From Rhizomicrobium sp. (GTDB taxonomy: Bacteria > Pseudomonadota > Alphaproteobacteria > Micropepsales > Micropepsaceae): DNA of 60,562 nt. The position numbers and the translations under genes are program-made. Location: the NCBI GenBank assembly GCA_036263395.1, contig DATAHD010000292.1, forward strand, positions 1-60,562. Direction: 5' to 3'. Numbering within the stretch: position 1 is the stretch's first letter; each line of letters starts with the position of its first letter. This document shows, piece by piece, positions 1 through 8,822 of the stretch. Below the pieces are notes generated by a model that had not been told where the DNA came from, did no database searches, and worked only from the letters and a program-made list of their open reading frames with translations.

Positions 1-1
1 C

Positions 2-319
2 ACGGTCGGCGCCTATTCGGTGTCGAACTCCTATCTCGACGTCGTGCTGATGTTCGGCTTCGGCATCCTGGGCTATCTGTTCAAGAAGGCGATGTATCCG
101 CTCGCGCCGCTCGTGCTGGCGATCGTCATCGGCGACAAGGCAGAGGATGCCTTCCGTCAGGCGATGCTGATGTCGAAGGGCTCGCTCGACATCTTCTTCA
201 GCAATGTGCTGGTCACCTGCCTCGTGCTGGGCGGCTTCGCATTTCTACTGGTGCCGCAGCTCATGAAGCTCGCCCGCCTGCGCAAGCCGCAGAGCGCGCT
301 CGGGCCGGTCGACGTGTAA
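2..319 (+). CDS. tctA: Tripartite tricarboxylate transporter permease TctA, C-terminal part (5' truncated by window edge)
   Basis: Frame is open from position 2 (TVGAYSVSNSYLDV...); FGFGILGYLFKK..YPLAPLVLAIVIG...E..FRQAML.S.GS..IFF is the typical TctA C-terminus. Confidence 0.85.
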   Translation, partial: TVGAYSVSNSYLDVVLMFGFGILGYLFKKAMYPLAPLVLAIVIGDKAEDAFRQAMLMSKGSLDIFFSNVLVTCLVLGGFAFLLVPQLMKLARLRKPQSALGPVDV

Positions 320-332
320 GGAGGCAAATCGA

Positions 333-1343
333 ATGTCATCGAACGGCAAGAAGCCGGTGATCGCACTGGCCATGGGCGATCCGGCCGGCATCAGCCCGGA
401 ACTGACGGCCAAGGTCGTGGCGCTGCCGGAAGTACGCGCCGCGGCGCGGCTTATCGTGATCGGCGACGCCCGCATCTATGCCGAAGGCGAGAAGGTCGCC
501 GGCGTCAGGAACGAGTTCGAGGTCGTCACGGCCGGCACGAATGTGGAGCCGGGGGACACGCCGATCTTCGTCGATCTCAAGCATCTCGATCCCGCAAACG
601 TGACCCGTGCGGTGGCAGCCGAAAGCGGCGGCCAGTTCGCGCTCGCCAATTACAGGCATGCGCTGACGCTGGCGCGCGAGGGCAGGGCGCAGGCCGTGTG
701 CTTCACGCCGTTCAACAAGCGCGCGATGCGGCTGGCGCGCTCGGATTATGACGATGAAATCGCTTTCTCGGCCGAGGTCGCAGGGCTTGCCGGCCCGGCG
801 AGCGAGTTCAACGTGCTCGACCGCCTATGGAACGCGCGTGTCACCTCGCACATCCCGATGAAGGCGGTGCCGGCGGCTCTGACGCACGAGCGCATCGATC
901 GGTCGCTCCGCCTCACCGACGCCTGCATGCGCTCGGCAGGGTTCAAGGAGCCGCGCATTGCGGTCGCCGGCTACAATCCGCATGCCGGCGACAGCGGCAA
1001 TTTCGGCCGCGAAGAAATCGACGTCATCGAACCGGTGGTGGCCGCTGCCAAAAAGGATGGCATCGCGGTGGAGGGGCCGTTTCCGGCGGACACAGTGTTC
1101 CTGCGCGCCAAGAGCGGCGCATTCGACGCCGTGCTGACCATGTACCACGACCAGGGTCAGATCGCGATGAAGCTGATGGGCTTCGACCGCGGCGTCACTT
1201 TGCTCGGCGGGTTCAAATTCCCGATCTGCACGCCGGCGCACGGCACCGCTTACGAGATCGCCGGCAAGGGCGTGGCGGACATCGGCGCGACGCGCGCGGC
1301 GCTTCTCCTGGCGGCCGAGATGGCCTCGCGGACGATAGGTTGA
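333..1343 (+). CDS. pdxA: PdxA-family dehydrogenase (PdxA2/TphB-like)
   Basis: Motifs MGDPAGISPE, NPHAGD, GPFPADTVF, MYHDQGQIAMK, TPAHGTAYEIAGKG; RBS AAGGAGG upstream. Confidence 0.9.
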   Translation: MSSNGKKPVIALAMGDPAGISPELTAKVVALPEVRAAARLIVIGDARIYAEGEKVAGVRNEFEVVTAGTNVEPGDTPIFVDLKHLDPANVTRAVAAESGGQFALANYRHALTLAREGRAQAVCFTPFNKRAMRLARSDYDDEIAFSAEVAGLAGPASEFNVLDRLWNARVTSHIPMKAVPAALTHERIDRSLRLTDACMRSAGFKEPRIAVAGYNPHAGDSGNFGREEIDVIEPVVAAAKKDGIAVEGPFPADTVFLRAKSGAFDAVLTMYHDQGQIAMKLMGFDRGVTLLGGFKFPICTPAHGTAYEIAGKGVADIGATRAALLLAAEMASRTIG

Positions 1344-1461
1344 GCGACCGACGCTTTCGTCCAACCCCATAACGTACCCGTGACGGCGTTCTCCCCGGCG
1401 CCAGGGCACGTTCTTCGACCATCTCGAATTTCCACTGACGGGATTACGGTAACGTCCGACG

Positions 1462-1506
1462 ATGGCCGGCTGCACGGTTGCAGATCGGCCATTCATGACC
1501 TTTTTT
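1462..1506 (+). terminator. Possible intrinsic terminator or hairpin downstream of pdxA
   Basis: Imperfect inverted repeat ATGGCCG-g-CTGCA-cggt-TGCAG-at-CGGCCAT, with a T run starting 8 nt after the stem. Confidence 0.35.
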
Positions 1507-1582
1507 CATTGGCGCGATAACGTCGGCGGCTCATACTTCCTGCGACAATTGGGCAATACCCGACGAAATTGGAAGGGCGCCA

Positions 1583-2821
1583 ATGCCGCCGTCGCAGACA
1601 AGCCGTAAAGGCCGCCGCGCAATCATCATCGGCGGTTCGATGTCGGGCCTGTTCTCTGCGGCCTTCCTGCGCAAGATCGGTTGGGACGTCGACGTGTACG
1701 AGCGCTCGCGCGTCGAATTGGTCGGGCGGGGCGCCGGAATCACCGGTCATCCCGAGTTATTCCAGGCGCTGGTGGCTTGCGGCGCCGGTCTCGATCGATT
1801 GGGCGTCGAGGTTCCCAAACGCATCGCCATCGACAAATCTGGCAAGGTCACAGAGGAGAGGCCGTTGCGCCAGATCCTCACGTCGTGGGACCGCCTGCAG
1901 CGGCTGCTGCGGACGACCATCGACGAGCGGCGCTACCATCTCGGCTGGAATTTCGAACACGTCGATCAGGATGAGCGCGGCGTGCGCGTCACGTTTTCGG
2001 GAGGCCGCGTCGAGGAGGCGGATATCCTGGTCGGCGGAGACGGCATCCGCTCCAGCGTGCGCGGGCAGGTCGCGCCGGAGGTACAGCCGATCTATGCCGG
2101 CTATTACATCTGGCGCGGCGCGCCCAACGAGAGCGACCTGTCGGACAACACGCTGCGCGAGATCTATCCGTATTTCACGTTCTTTCTGCCGCCGCGGCAG
2201 GAAGTGATCACATACCCGATCGCCGGCTTTAATGACGACCTCACGCCAGGCCGGCGCCGCTTCAATTTCATCTGGTACCGCGTCGCAGACGGGGCGCAGC
2301 TTCGCGACATGCTGGTCGACGAAACCGGCGTGCAGCACGAATACTCGGTGCCGCCGCCACTGGTGCGCAAGGATCTCATCGCCGCAATGCACAAGGACGC
2401 GCGCGAAACGCTTCCCGACACGCTCATCGACTCCGTGATGAAGATTCCGCAGCCGTTCATCACGCCCATCTACGATTTCACGTCACCGTCGATCGTCTAT
2501 GGCCGCGTCGCCATGGTCGGTGATGCGGCCGCCAATGCCCGCCCGCATATGGGCTTCGGCATGGCGAAGGCCGGCACGGATGCGCAGGCGCTGGCGAAAC
2601 ATCTTTCAGAGAACGAGGACGTCGACACGGCCCTGAAAGCCTACAATGCCGAACGACAGCCGCTCGGAAACACGATCGTCATGCACGGCCGCAAGCTCGG
2701 CACCCATCTCGGCGTCGATCTCAAAACAGATGAAGACCGCCGGATGCACGAACTGTTGCAGACCGACGGCGGGATGCTCGATTGGATTGCCGTGCCGCAT
2801 TTTCTCGACGCCTACAAATGA
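1583..2821 (+). CDS. FAD-dependent monooxygenase, 2,6-dihydroxypyridine 3-monooxygenase (DhpH)-like
   Basis: IIGGSMSGL Rossmann motif, GGDGIRSSVR, GDAAANARPHMGFGMAKAGTDA (RPH...G.AKA pattern of the DhpH subfamily). Confidence 0.85.
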   Translation: MPPSQTSRKGRRAIIIGGSMSGLFSAAFLRKIGWDVDVYERSRVELVGRGAGITGHPELFQALVACGAGLDRLGVEVPKRIAIDKSGKVTEERPLRQILTSWDRLQRLLRTTIDERRYHLGWNFEHVDQDERGVRVTFSGGRVEEADILVGGDGIRSSVRGQVAPEVQPIYAGYYIWRGAPNESDLSDNTLREIYPYFTFFLPPRQEVITYPIAGFNDDLTPGRRRFNFIWYRVADGAQLRDMLVDETGVQHEYSVPPPLVRKDLIAAMHKDARETLPDTLIDSVMKIPQPFITPIYDFTSPSIVYGRVAMVGDAAANARPHMGFGMAKAGTDAQALAKHLSENEDVDTALKAYNAERQPLGNTIVMHGRKLGTHLGVDLKTDEDRRMHELLQTDGGMLDWIAVPHFLDAYK

Positions 2822-4068
2822 CCGATCTTCCTCGCCCCGATTACGCGCACCGGATGCGGATCATCGGCCACTCCGATCAGGACGGCCGGCCGGACGGCAT
2901 GCAGTTAATGGTGCATCGCGGACATGCCTACGTCGCGCACATGTTCTCCGGCGGTTTCTCGGTGCTCGATGTGAGTGATGCCAGGAAGCCGCGCACGGTG
3001 ACCTTTGTTCCGGCGCCGGCGAATACGTGGACGATCCACCTACAGACGCATGATGATCTTCTGCTGGTGATCCATGCCAAGGACATGTTCGGCGCGCAGG
3101 AGTTCGCCGACGAGCGGGCCTATTACAGCGGCGCTCTCGGCAAGACGGTCGGGACTGCGGACGCGAAACGTGCGCGCGACTGGAGCGCGGGCCTTGCCGT
3201 TTACGACATTTCGCGGCCGGCGGCTCCGCGGCAGATCGGTTTCATGCCGGTCGAGGGCGGCGGCGTTCATCGCCTCTGGTACACCGGCGGGCAGTGGGCC
3301 TACGCATCTGTGCTGCTCGACGGCTTCACCGATTACATCTTCATGACCGTGGACATGAGCGACCCGGCGCAGCCGCGCGAGGCCGGCCGCTGGTGGATAC
3401 CGGGCATGAACCTGGCGGCCGGCGAGAGTCCGACGTGGCCGGCTTCGCGCCGGTATGGCCTGCATCATCCGATCGTGCACGGCGACACGGCCTACGCCGC
3501 TTGGCGCGACGCCGGCATGGTCGTCCTCGACGTAGCAGACCGGTCGCAACCGAAGCTCGTGGTGCACAGGAATTGGTCGCCGCCGTTCGGGGGAGGGACT
3601 CACAATTGCCTGCCGCTGCCCGACCGCGACCTGCTGGTCGTACTGGATGAGGCCGTGCTCGATCACCAAGAGGACGGGCTCAAGCTCATCTGGGTGTTCG
3701 ACAATCGCGTGCCCGGCAATCCGGTCAGCATCGCCACCTGTCCGACGCCGGTCGAAGCCGATTATCGCTCCAAGGCCGGTCATTTCGGCCCGCACAACAT
3801 CCATGAGAACCGGCCCGGTAGCTTCGTCAGCTCGAACCTGATCTTCGCGACCTATCAGAACGCCGGCATCCGTGTCTTCGATATCTCGAACCCATTCGCG
3901 CCGAAGGAAGTGGGGGCACTGGTCCCGCCGGCGCCGGAGCGCCTGATGGACAAGCGGCCGAACCGCCCGCGGGTCATCCAGTCGGCCGACGTCTTCGTCG
4001 ACGCAGGCGGGCTTATCTACGCCACCGATTATAATGGCGGCCTGTCGATCATCGAATTCGATGGCTGA
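2818..4068 (+). CDS. LVIVD-repeat beta-propeller protein, His-rich, function unknown
   Basis: ATGA overlap with upstream stop; repeated G..V.DVS.P..P..V units (GFSVLDVSDARKP, GLAVYDISRPAAP, GMVVLDVADRSQP, GIRVFDISNPFAP). Confidence 0.85.
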   Translation: MTDLPRPDYAHRMRIIGHSDQDGRPDGMQLMVHRGHAYVAHMFSGGFSVLDVSDARKPRTVTFVPAPANTWTIHLQTHDDLLLVIHAKDMFGAQEFADERAYYSGALGKTVGTADAKRARDWSAGLAVYDISRPAAPRQIGFMPVEGGGVHRLWYTGGQWAYASVLLDGFTDYIFMTVDMSDPAQPREAGRWWIPGMNLAAGESPTWPASRRYGLHHPIVHGDTAYAAWRDAGMVVLDVADRSQPKLVVHRNWSPPFGGGTHNCLPLPDRDLLVVLDEAVLDHQEDGLKLIWVFDNRVPGNPVSIATCPTPVEADYRSKAGHFGPHNIHENRPGSFVSSNLIFATYQNAGIRVFDISNPFAPKEVGALVPPAPERLMDKRPNRPRVIQSADVFVDAGGLIYATDYNGGLSIIEFDG

Positions 4069-4074
4069 GGTGTG

Positions 4075-4686
4075 CTAGCGCCGGTGCGCGCCGGCGCTCC
4101 AGCCGAGCGGCGCGAGATGCTTGTCGCCGATCTCCTGCGGCTCCGGTTCGAGTGGGGTCGCCATGCTGACGTTCCAGCGCGACAGGAAGCCGGCCATCGC
4201 GGCCACACCGGCGATCTCGACAATCTGCTCTTCGCTCCAGTGCCGGCGCATCGCTGCGAATGTCGCCTCATCAACCGCATTCGGCGTCGCGCTCGCGGCC
4301 GTGGCGAAGTCGAGTGCCGCGCGCTCGGCCGGTCCGAACAGTTCGCTCGTTTTGTAGCTGCGCACCGCCGCCAGCTTCTCCGCCGGAATCCCGAAATGCA
4401 GCGCGCCGCTGGCGGTGTGCGCCATGCTGTATGGGTCGTCGGCGATGCGGCTCGCGGCATGCGCGATGAGGCGCTTGAGGCCGCGATCGACCTTGCTCTC
4501 GGGGTCCCATAGCGCGCGCTGCATCTGCACGAAAGCCTTGGCCAGTTTCGGCTTGCGCTGCATCGTCAGCACGCTGTTCGGCACGAACCCGAGCGTCTTG
4601 AAGAAGGAGTCGAACTCCTCCTTCAGTTCCGGCGAATGCTCCGGGGGCAATGGATCGAGCCGCGGCGACCGTGGTGCGTCGAGCAT
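4075..4686 (-). CDS. AhpD/carboxymuconolactone decarboxylase-family protein lacking CxxC
   Basis: LGFVPNS, ERAALDFA, HWSEEQIVEI...GFLSRWN are typical of AhpD-like proteins; DPYS occupies the usual CxYC position. Confidence 0.8.
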   Translation of the reverse strand: MLDAPRSPRLDPLPPEHSPELKEEFDSFFKTLGFVPNSVLTMQRKPKLAKAFVQMQRALWDPESKVDRGLKRLIAHAASRIADDPYSMAHTASGALHFGIPAEKLAAVRSYKTSELFGPAERAALDFATAASATPNAVDEATFAAMRRHWSEEQIVEIAGVAAMAGFLSRWNVSMATPLEPEPQEIGDKHLAPLGWSAGAHRR

Positions 4687-4696
4687 GAGCGGCGCG

Positions 4697-5092
4697 TCAC
4701 ATCACGTTCTGGAGCAACAGCAGCAGCCCGCCCACCACGCCGATATTGGCGAGGAAGCCGTTCTGCATGCCTGTGCGCTTCATCGGATCGTCCATCTCCC
4801 AGAACCGAAGCAGAAGGAGAGAGGCGAGCACGGTGAAGACGATGAGGCACAGGGCGCCGACCGCGGGGTGCCAATTCAGCAGCAGCAGCGCACAGCCGAT
4901 CGCGTCCAGCGCCATGCCCGCCCAAAACGTGGCTTGCGGCAACGGCACCTTGAAGAACGTCAGGCGCTTGATGTGATCCTGGATATGATGGCTCGACAGG
5001 TTCCGCAGCCATACGATGACGAAGAACGCAACGATCAGGAACCGCCCCGCGGTGTCGATCCAGGAGGCGTCGTTGGGATATAGGCCGTGCAT
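4697..5092 (-). CDS. DoxX-family membrane protein
   Basis: Four hydrophobic segments; GRFLI...F, FW.MD, FLANIGVVGGLLLL. Confidence 0.8.
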   Translation of the reverse strand: MHGLYPNDASWIDTAGRFLIVAFFVIVWLRNLSSHHIQDHIKRLTFFKVPLPQATFWAGMALDAIGCALLLLNWHPAVGALCLIVFTVLASLLLLRFWEMDDPMKRTGMQNGFLANIGVVGGLLLLLQNVM

Positions 5093-5109
5093 GGGTTTCC
5101 TCGTTGATC

Positions 5110-6453
5110 TCAGGCGTACACGACGACGGATTGATGTTTGGCGCGAACCATGGCGATGGCCGCGCCGCCGATGATCGCAGGAACTGCCGCGATGACGTAA
5201 GCGATTTCGATGGTCAGGCCGGCGGCGACCAGCGCGGTGCCGAACAGCGCGCCGGCGATGGCGCCGATGCGGCCCCAGCCGATGACCCAGCCCACGCCAG
5301 TCGAGCGAATGGCGGTCGGATAGACCGTGGCCGAATAGGCCGACAGCACGATGTTGGCCCCGACCGTCAGCAGGCCGGTCAAGAAGGTGATGGCGAGCAG
5401 CCCATACCAGTTGGACGCGAGATAGCCGATGCCGGCGATCGAGACGGCCGACAAGAGGAACGTGACGACAAGGCCGCGATAAGATTTGTCCTTGTCGATG
5501 ATGCGGGCAAGCCCGATTGCGCCGAAGATGCCGCCGACCGAGAAGGCGACCGAGGCCAGAATCGCGCTCGTCACCGGCATCCCGATCGAGGCCAACACGA
5601 GCGGCATCCAGGTCACCACATAGACGATGACCAATTGCGCCATGAAGGCGGCGATGCAGAGCAGGACCGTGGCCCGCACGAATTCGCGGCTGAAGATCTC
5701 CCGTGTGGGCCGGTTCGACACGCCGCGGCTCTGCGGCAGGACGTAGACGTCCCCCGGTGTGGGCTCGAAGCCCGGCGCCATCCGCCGCAGGATGCCGGCG
5801 ATACGCTCGGGCGCGACCTTGCTCAGCACCATGAAGCGGATCGACTCATTCAGCCAGAGGAGCAGGGCGACGGTCAGCAAGAGCGGCAGGACGCCTCCGA
5901 GGACGAAGACCGCGTGCCAGCCATAATGCGAGATCAGCGCCGCCGAGATCGGGCCGCCGATGACGCCACCGAGCGGGAACGCGGCGTACATGACGCTCAC
6001 CAGAGTGGCGCGCGCCCGCTGCGGCGAATATTCGGCGACCATGGCGATGGCGTTTGACAGCGCGCCGCCGAGCCCGATGCCGATCAGCATGCGAAGGACG
6101 AACAGTGAACGGAAATCATAGGCGTAGACCGTGAGCAGCGCGAAGACGCCGAAAATAGCGGTCGGCACAATCACACCCATGCGACGTCCGTAACGGTCGG
6201 CGTACCAGCCGAAGAACACCGAGCCGGCCGCCGCGCCGATATAATGTGCGGCAAAGATCGGGCCGAAGGCCTCACGAGGCAGTTTCCAGGCAGCTCCGAT
6301 CACGGGCGCCACGTAGGAAATGGCCAGAATGTCGAACCCGTCAAGGAACGACACGCCGGCGCACAGCGCCACCACCGCGATGATTAGCTTTCCAACCGGC
6401 GCGGCGTCGACGACACCGACCGCATCGACCTGCCTTGCTTCAAATCCAGCCAT
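5110..6453 (-). CDS. MFS transporter, aromatic acid:H+ symporter (PcaK/BenK-like)
   Basis: LDGFD in TM1, ADRYGRR, AEYSP.R.R, YPTAIRSTGVGW..G.GRIGAI; RBS GGAGGAG. Confidence 0.9.
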   Translation of the reverse strand: MAGFEARQVDAVGVVDAAPVGKLIIAVVALCAGVSFLDGFDILAISYVAPVIGAAWKLPREAFGPIFAAHYIGAAAGSVFFGWYADRYGRRMGVIVPTAIFGVFALLTVYAYDFRSLFVLRMLIGIGLGGALSNAIAMVAEYSPQRARATLVSVMYAAFPLGGVIGGPISAALISHYGWHAVFVLGGVLPLLLTVALLLWLNESIRFMVLSKVAPERIAGILRRMAPGFEPTPGDVYVLPQSRGVSNRPTREIFSREFVRATVLLCIAAFMAQLVIVYVVTWMPLVLASIGMPVTSAILASVAFSVGGIFGAIGLARIIDKDKSYRGLVVTFLLSAVSIAGIGYLASNWYGLLAITFLTGLLTVGANIVLSAYSATVYPTAIRSTGVGWVIGWGRIGAIAGALFGTALVAAGLTIEIAYVIAAVPAIIGGAAIAMVRAKHQSVVVYA

Positions 6454-6585
6454 GACGCTCCTCCCCTGTGAGCCGATGAATTGCGCCGTCAGCGATGTGT
6501 TTATCGTTGTCTTCCGCCGGCGCGCTTTTTCTGTCTGCTATCCGTCTACTCCTGCTTACGAACCTGAGATCAAATCGCGCCGGCT

Positions 6586-8136
6586 CTATTCGGCCGCCGC
6601 GATCTTCGTCGGCCGGTAGTCACGGCGAGCCGAATCCTGCGCCTTGGCGTAATCTGCGACGCCCTTGTATTCCGTCATCTGCTCGCACGGCTCGGCCAGT
6701 CCGACGACCTGGCGGGCGAACGCCGCGAAGGGCCCGGTGCCGGTGAACTCGGCGCGCTTCATCGTCAGCGACAAAAGGGTCTGCAGCGGCGTCCCGTTGA
6801 AGTTCTCGAACATGAACAGCCGGCTGCCCCAGTCGGTCAGATAGAGATCGCGGATGACCCGAGCGATCTTGATCCGGTCATAGGCCTCGCCGGTCGCACC
6901 CTTGTTGAGCTTTTCCAGCCACGGCCGCATCTCCGGGTTCTGCCATTGCGTCTCGGTCGGGAACATGACGGCGCTGCGGCCGCACAGGTCGATCAGTTCA
7001 TCGACCATTGCGCCGAAGTTCTGTAGGAAGTAGACGCGCCCCCAATTGAAAAGCTGGATGTCAGGCTTGTAGAGGCCGCCCGGCGTATAAAAGCCCTGGT
7101 CTTCCGCAGCGAGCACATGCGCGTAGGTCGATTGCTGAAAGCCGACAATGCGCGCGAGACGTGACTGCACGGCCTCGATCTTGGCCGTGCCGAGATGCTC
7201 GCACATCAGGATGGCGAGGCCGGCGAGCAACTCGGCGCGCACCGCCTGCCGCACCAGCGCGTAATAATGACCCCAGTCGAACACGCGCTGCGGATAGAGC
7301 CGCGCATGATCGGGATTGCCGATGTGGAAGACATATTTCCATGGGATGAGGACGCGGTCGAAGAGCACGGTTGCGTCCAGCTCGTCGCCCTGTGAGGCGA
7401 GGGGGTGCTCGACCGCATCCTCGGCGACGACACTCTCACGGCAGACGATCGTGATGCCTTTCGAGTTTGCGGGGCACACGCCGTAGATGATCTGGTCGCC
7501 CTTCGCGCCCGGGCGGAAGAAGACGCCGAGATGTAGATAGTCGGCGAAGGCGCTTGCCGTGCCGATCGACTTGACTCCATTGACGACGATGCCCTCGTCG
7601 TTCGTCTCGACAATACGCAAGGCCGGCGAGTTGGCATGCGCATTCGGATCGGAGCGGTCCGCCTGCGGGTCCACGAAATGCGGAGCCACGACGAGATCTC
7701 GGTCCACCGCGAACTGCCAGAAATTCCGGATGTTGTCCGCGAGTCCGCGCCCGTCGGCGCCGACCGAGGCCTTCTCCCAAGGCTCAGGGTCGTCGATGTA
7801 GGTGACGAGCATGTAGTTCTGCGAATCAGGCGTGCGCGGGCAGGAGGCGGCTACGAAGTGCCGCATGATGAGTTCGTGATAGCGGCGCTTGCGGACGAGC
7901 TCTTCCTTGCTGCGATGCTTGAACCACATCATCGAGCGCCGCGTGCCGCCCTCGTCGACGAAGGTGAGTTGGTCCTGAAAGTCTGGCTGACGATGCAGGT
8001 CGAAAAAGTCTGCTGTCACCTGCGCATATGCGCGGGTGAGGGGATGCGTAGCGACGTTATCGATTTGTGTGTTGCCGACCCAGACGACGCGGCCGTCGTT
8101 CAGCGACTTGAGGTAGTGCTCGCCGGTTCGCAGCAT
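6586..8136 (-). CDS. FADH2-dependent phenol 4-monooxygenase, HadA/TcpA/TftD/NpcA type (4-HPA 3-hydroxylase family, group D)
   Basis: MLRTGEHYLKSLNDGRVVWVGN..IDNVATHP, FVDPQ.DRS, EHPLASQGDELD, YPQRVFDW.HY, FENFNGTPL match remembered HadA/TftD sequences; 516 aa. Confidence 0.92.
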   Translation of the reverse strand: MLRTGEHYLKSLNDGRVVWVGNTQIDNVATHPLTRAYAQVTADFFDLHRQPDFQDQLTFVDEGGTRRSMMWFKHRSKEELVRKRRYHELIMRHFVAASCPRTPDSQNYMLVTYIDDPEPWEKASVGADGRGLADNIRNFWQFAVDRDLVVAPHFVDPQADRSDPNAHANSPALRIVETNDEGIVVNGVKSIGTASAFADYLHLGVFFRPGAKGDQIIYGVCPANSKGITIVCRESVVAEDAVEHPLASQGDELDATVLFDRVLIPWKYVFHIGNPDHARLYPQRVFDWGHYYALVRQAVRAELLAGLAILMCEHLGTAKIEAVQSRLARIVGFQQSTYAHVLAAEDQGFYTPGGLYKPDIQLFNWGRVYFLQNFGAMVDELIDLCGRSAVMFPTETQWQNPEMRPWLEKLNKGATGEAYDRIKIARVIRDLYLTDWGSRLFMFENFNGTPLQTLLSLTMKRAEFTGTGPFAAFARQVVGLAEPCEQMTEYKGVADYAKAQDSARRDYRPTKIAAAE

Positions 8137-8151
8137 CGTTCTGCCTCCTTC

Positions 8152-8748
8152 TTAGAGATTGCGCGTCGTTGCGTAGGCGCGTCGCTGATAGACAAGGGGC
8201 TCGCCGGCTTCGCGCGCGCTGGTCGCGACGACCTTTCCGACGAATATGCTGTGCGTGCCGACGTCGCGAATGTCGACGATCTCGCAATCGAGTGTGGCCA
8301 GCGCGCTGGTGCTGCATGGCGCGCCGGATGCGAGCACATGCCATTCGCCGAGCGCGAACCGCTCCTCGACCGTCAGCCGCCCCACGCCGGCGAAGGCCTG
8401 CGACAATTCGCTCTGGTCCGCCCGCAGGCAGCTCACCGACATGACTTTGTTGGTTTTCATCGCCGCGTTCGCGGCGTTCTTCCCATGCACGCAGGCGAGC
8501 AGCAGCGGCGGATCGTCGCTGACGGCGCACACGGCAGAGCACGTCAGGCCCGCCATCCCTGCGGGTCCGTCGGTGGCAATGATCGAAACCGTTGTGGTGA
8601 AATTGGCGAATGCGCCGCGGAATTCAGCGGTCGATACGCCGCTCGAGGGCGCATTCCCCACCATCGGGGAAGGATGAGCCGACTCCGAGACGTGCGACAT
8701 AAGACGCATTCCCGACCTGTCGAGGCCGGCCACCAAGGCCTCCTCCAT
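8152..8748 (-). CDS. Flavin reductase partner (TftC/TcpX/HpaC-like); true start may be 8709 or 8700
   Basis: FR.A.ANF.T.V.II.TDG..G..GLT.SAVC.VSDDPP.LL.C, VGTHSIF.G.V, PLVY..R.Y; directly upstream of the monooxygenase. Confidence 0.9.
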   Translation of the reverse strand: MEEALVAGLDRSGMRLMSHVSESAHPSPMVGNAPSSGVSTAEFRGAFANFTTTVSIIATDGPAGMAGLTCSAVCAVSDDPPLLLACVHGKNAANAAMKTNKVMSVSCLRADQSELSQAFAGVGRLTVEERFALGEWHVLASGAPCSTSALATLDCEIVDIRDVGTHSIFVGKVVATSAREAGEPLVYQRRAYATTRNL

Positions 8749-8784
8749 ACCGGCTAGCGTAGAAGCGGAAGCGCCGCTACACTA

Positions 8785-8822
8785 TCATTCTATGGATATA
8801 AATTACATTCCGACAGGTTATA
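8785..8822. promoter_or_regulatory. AT-rich divergent control region with LysR-type T-N11-A boxes overlapping the LysR start
   Basis: ATTCCGACAGGTTAT and TTCTATGGATATA fit T-N11-A; AT-rich patch between divergent reductase and LysR genes. Confidence 0.4.
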
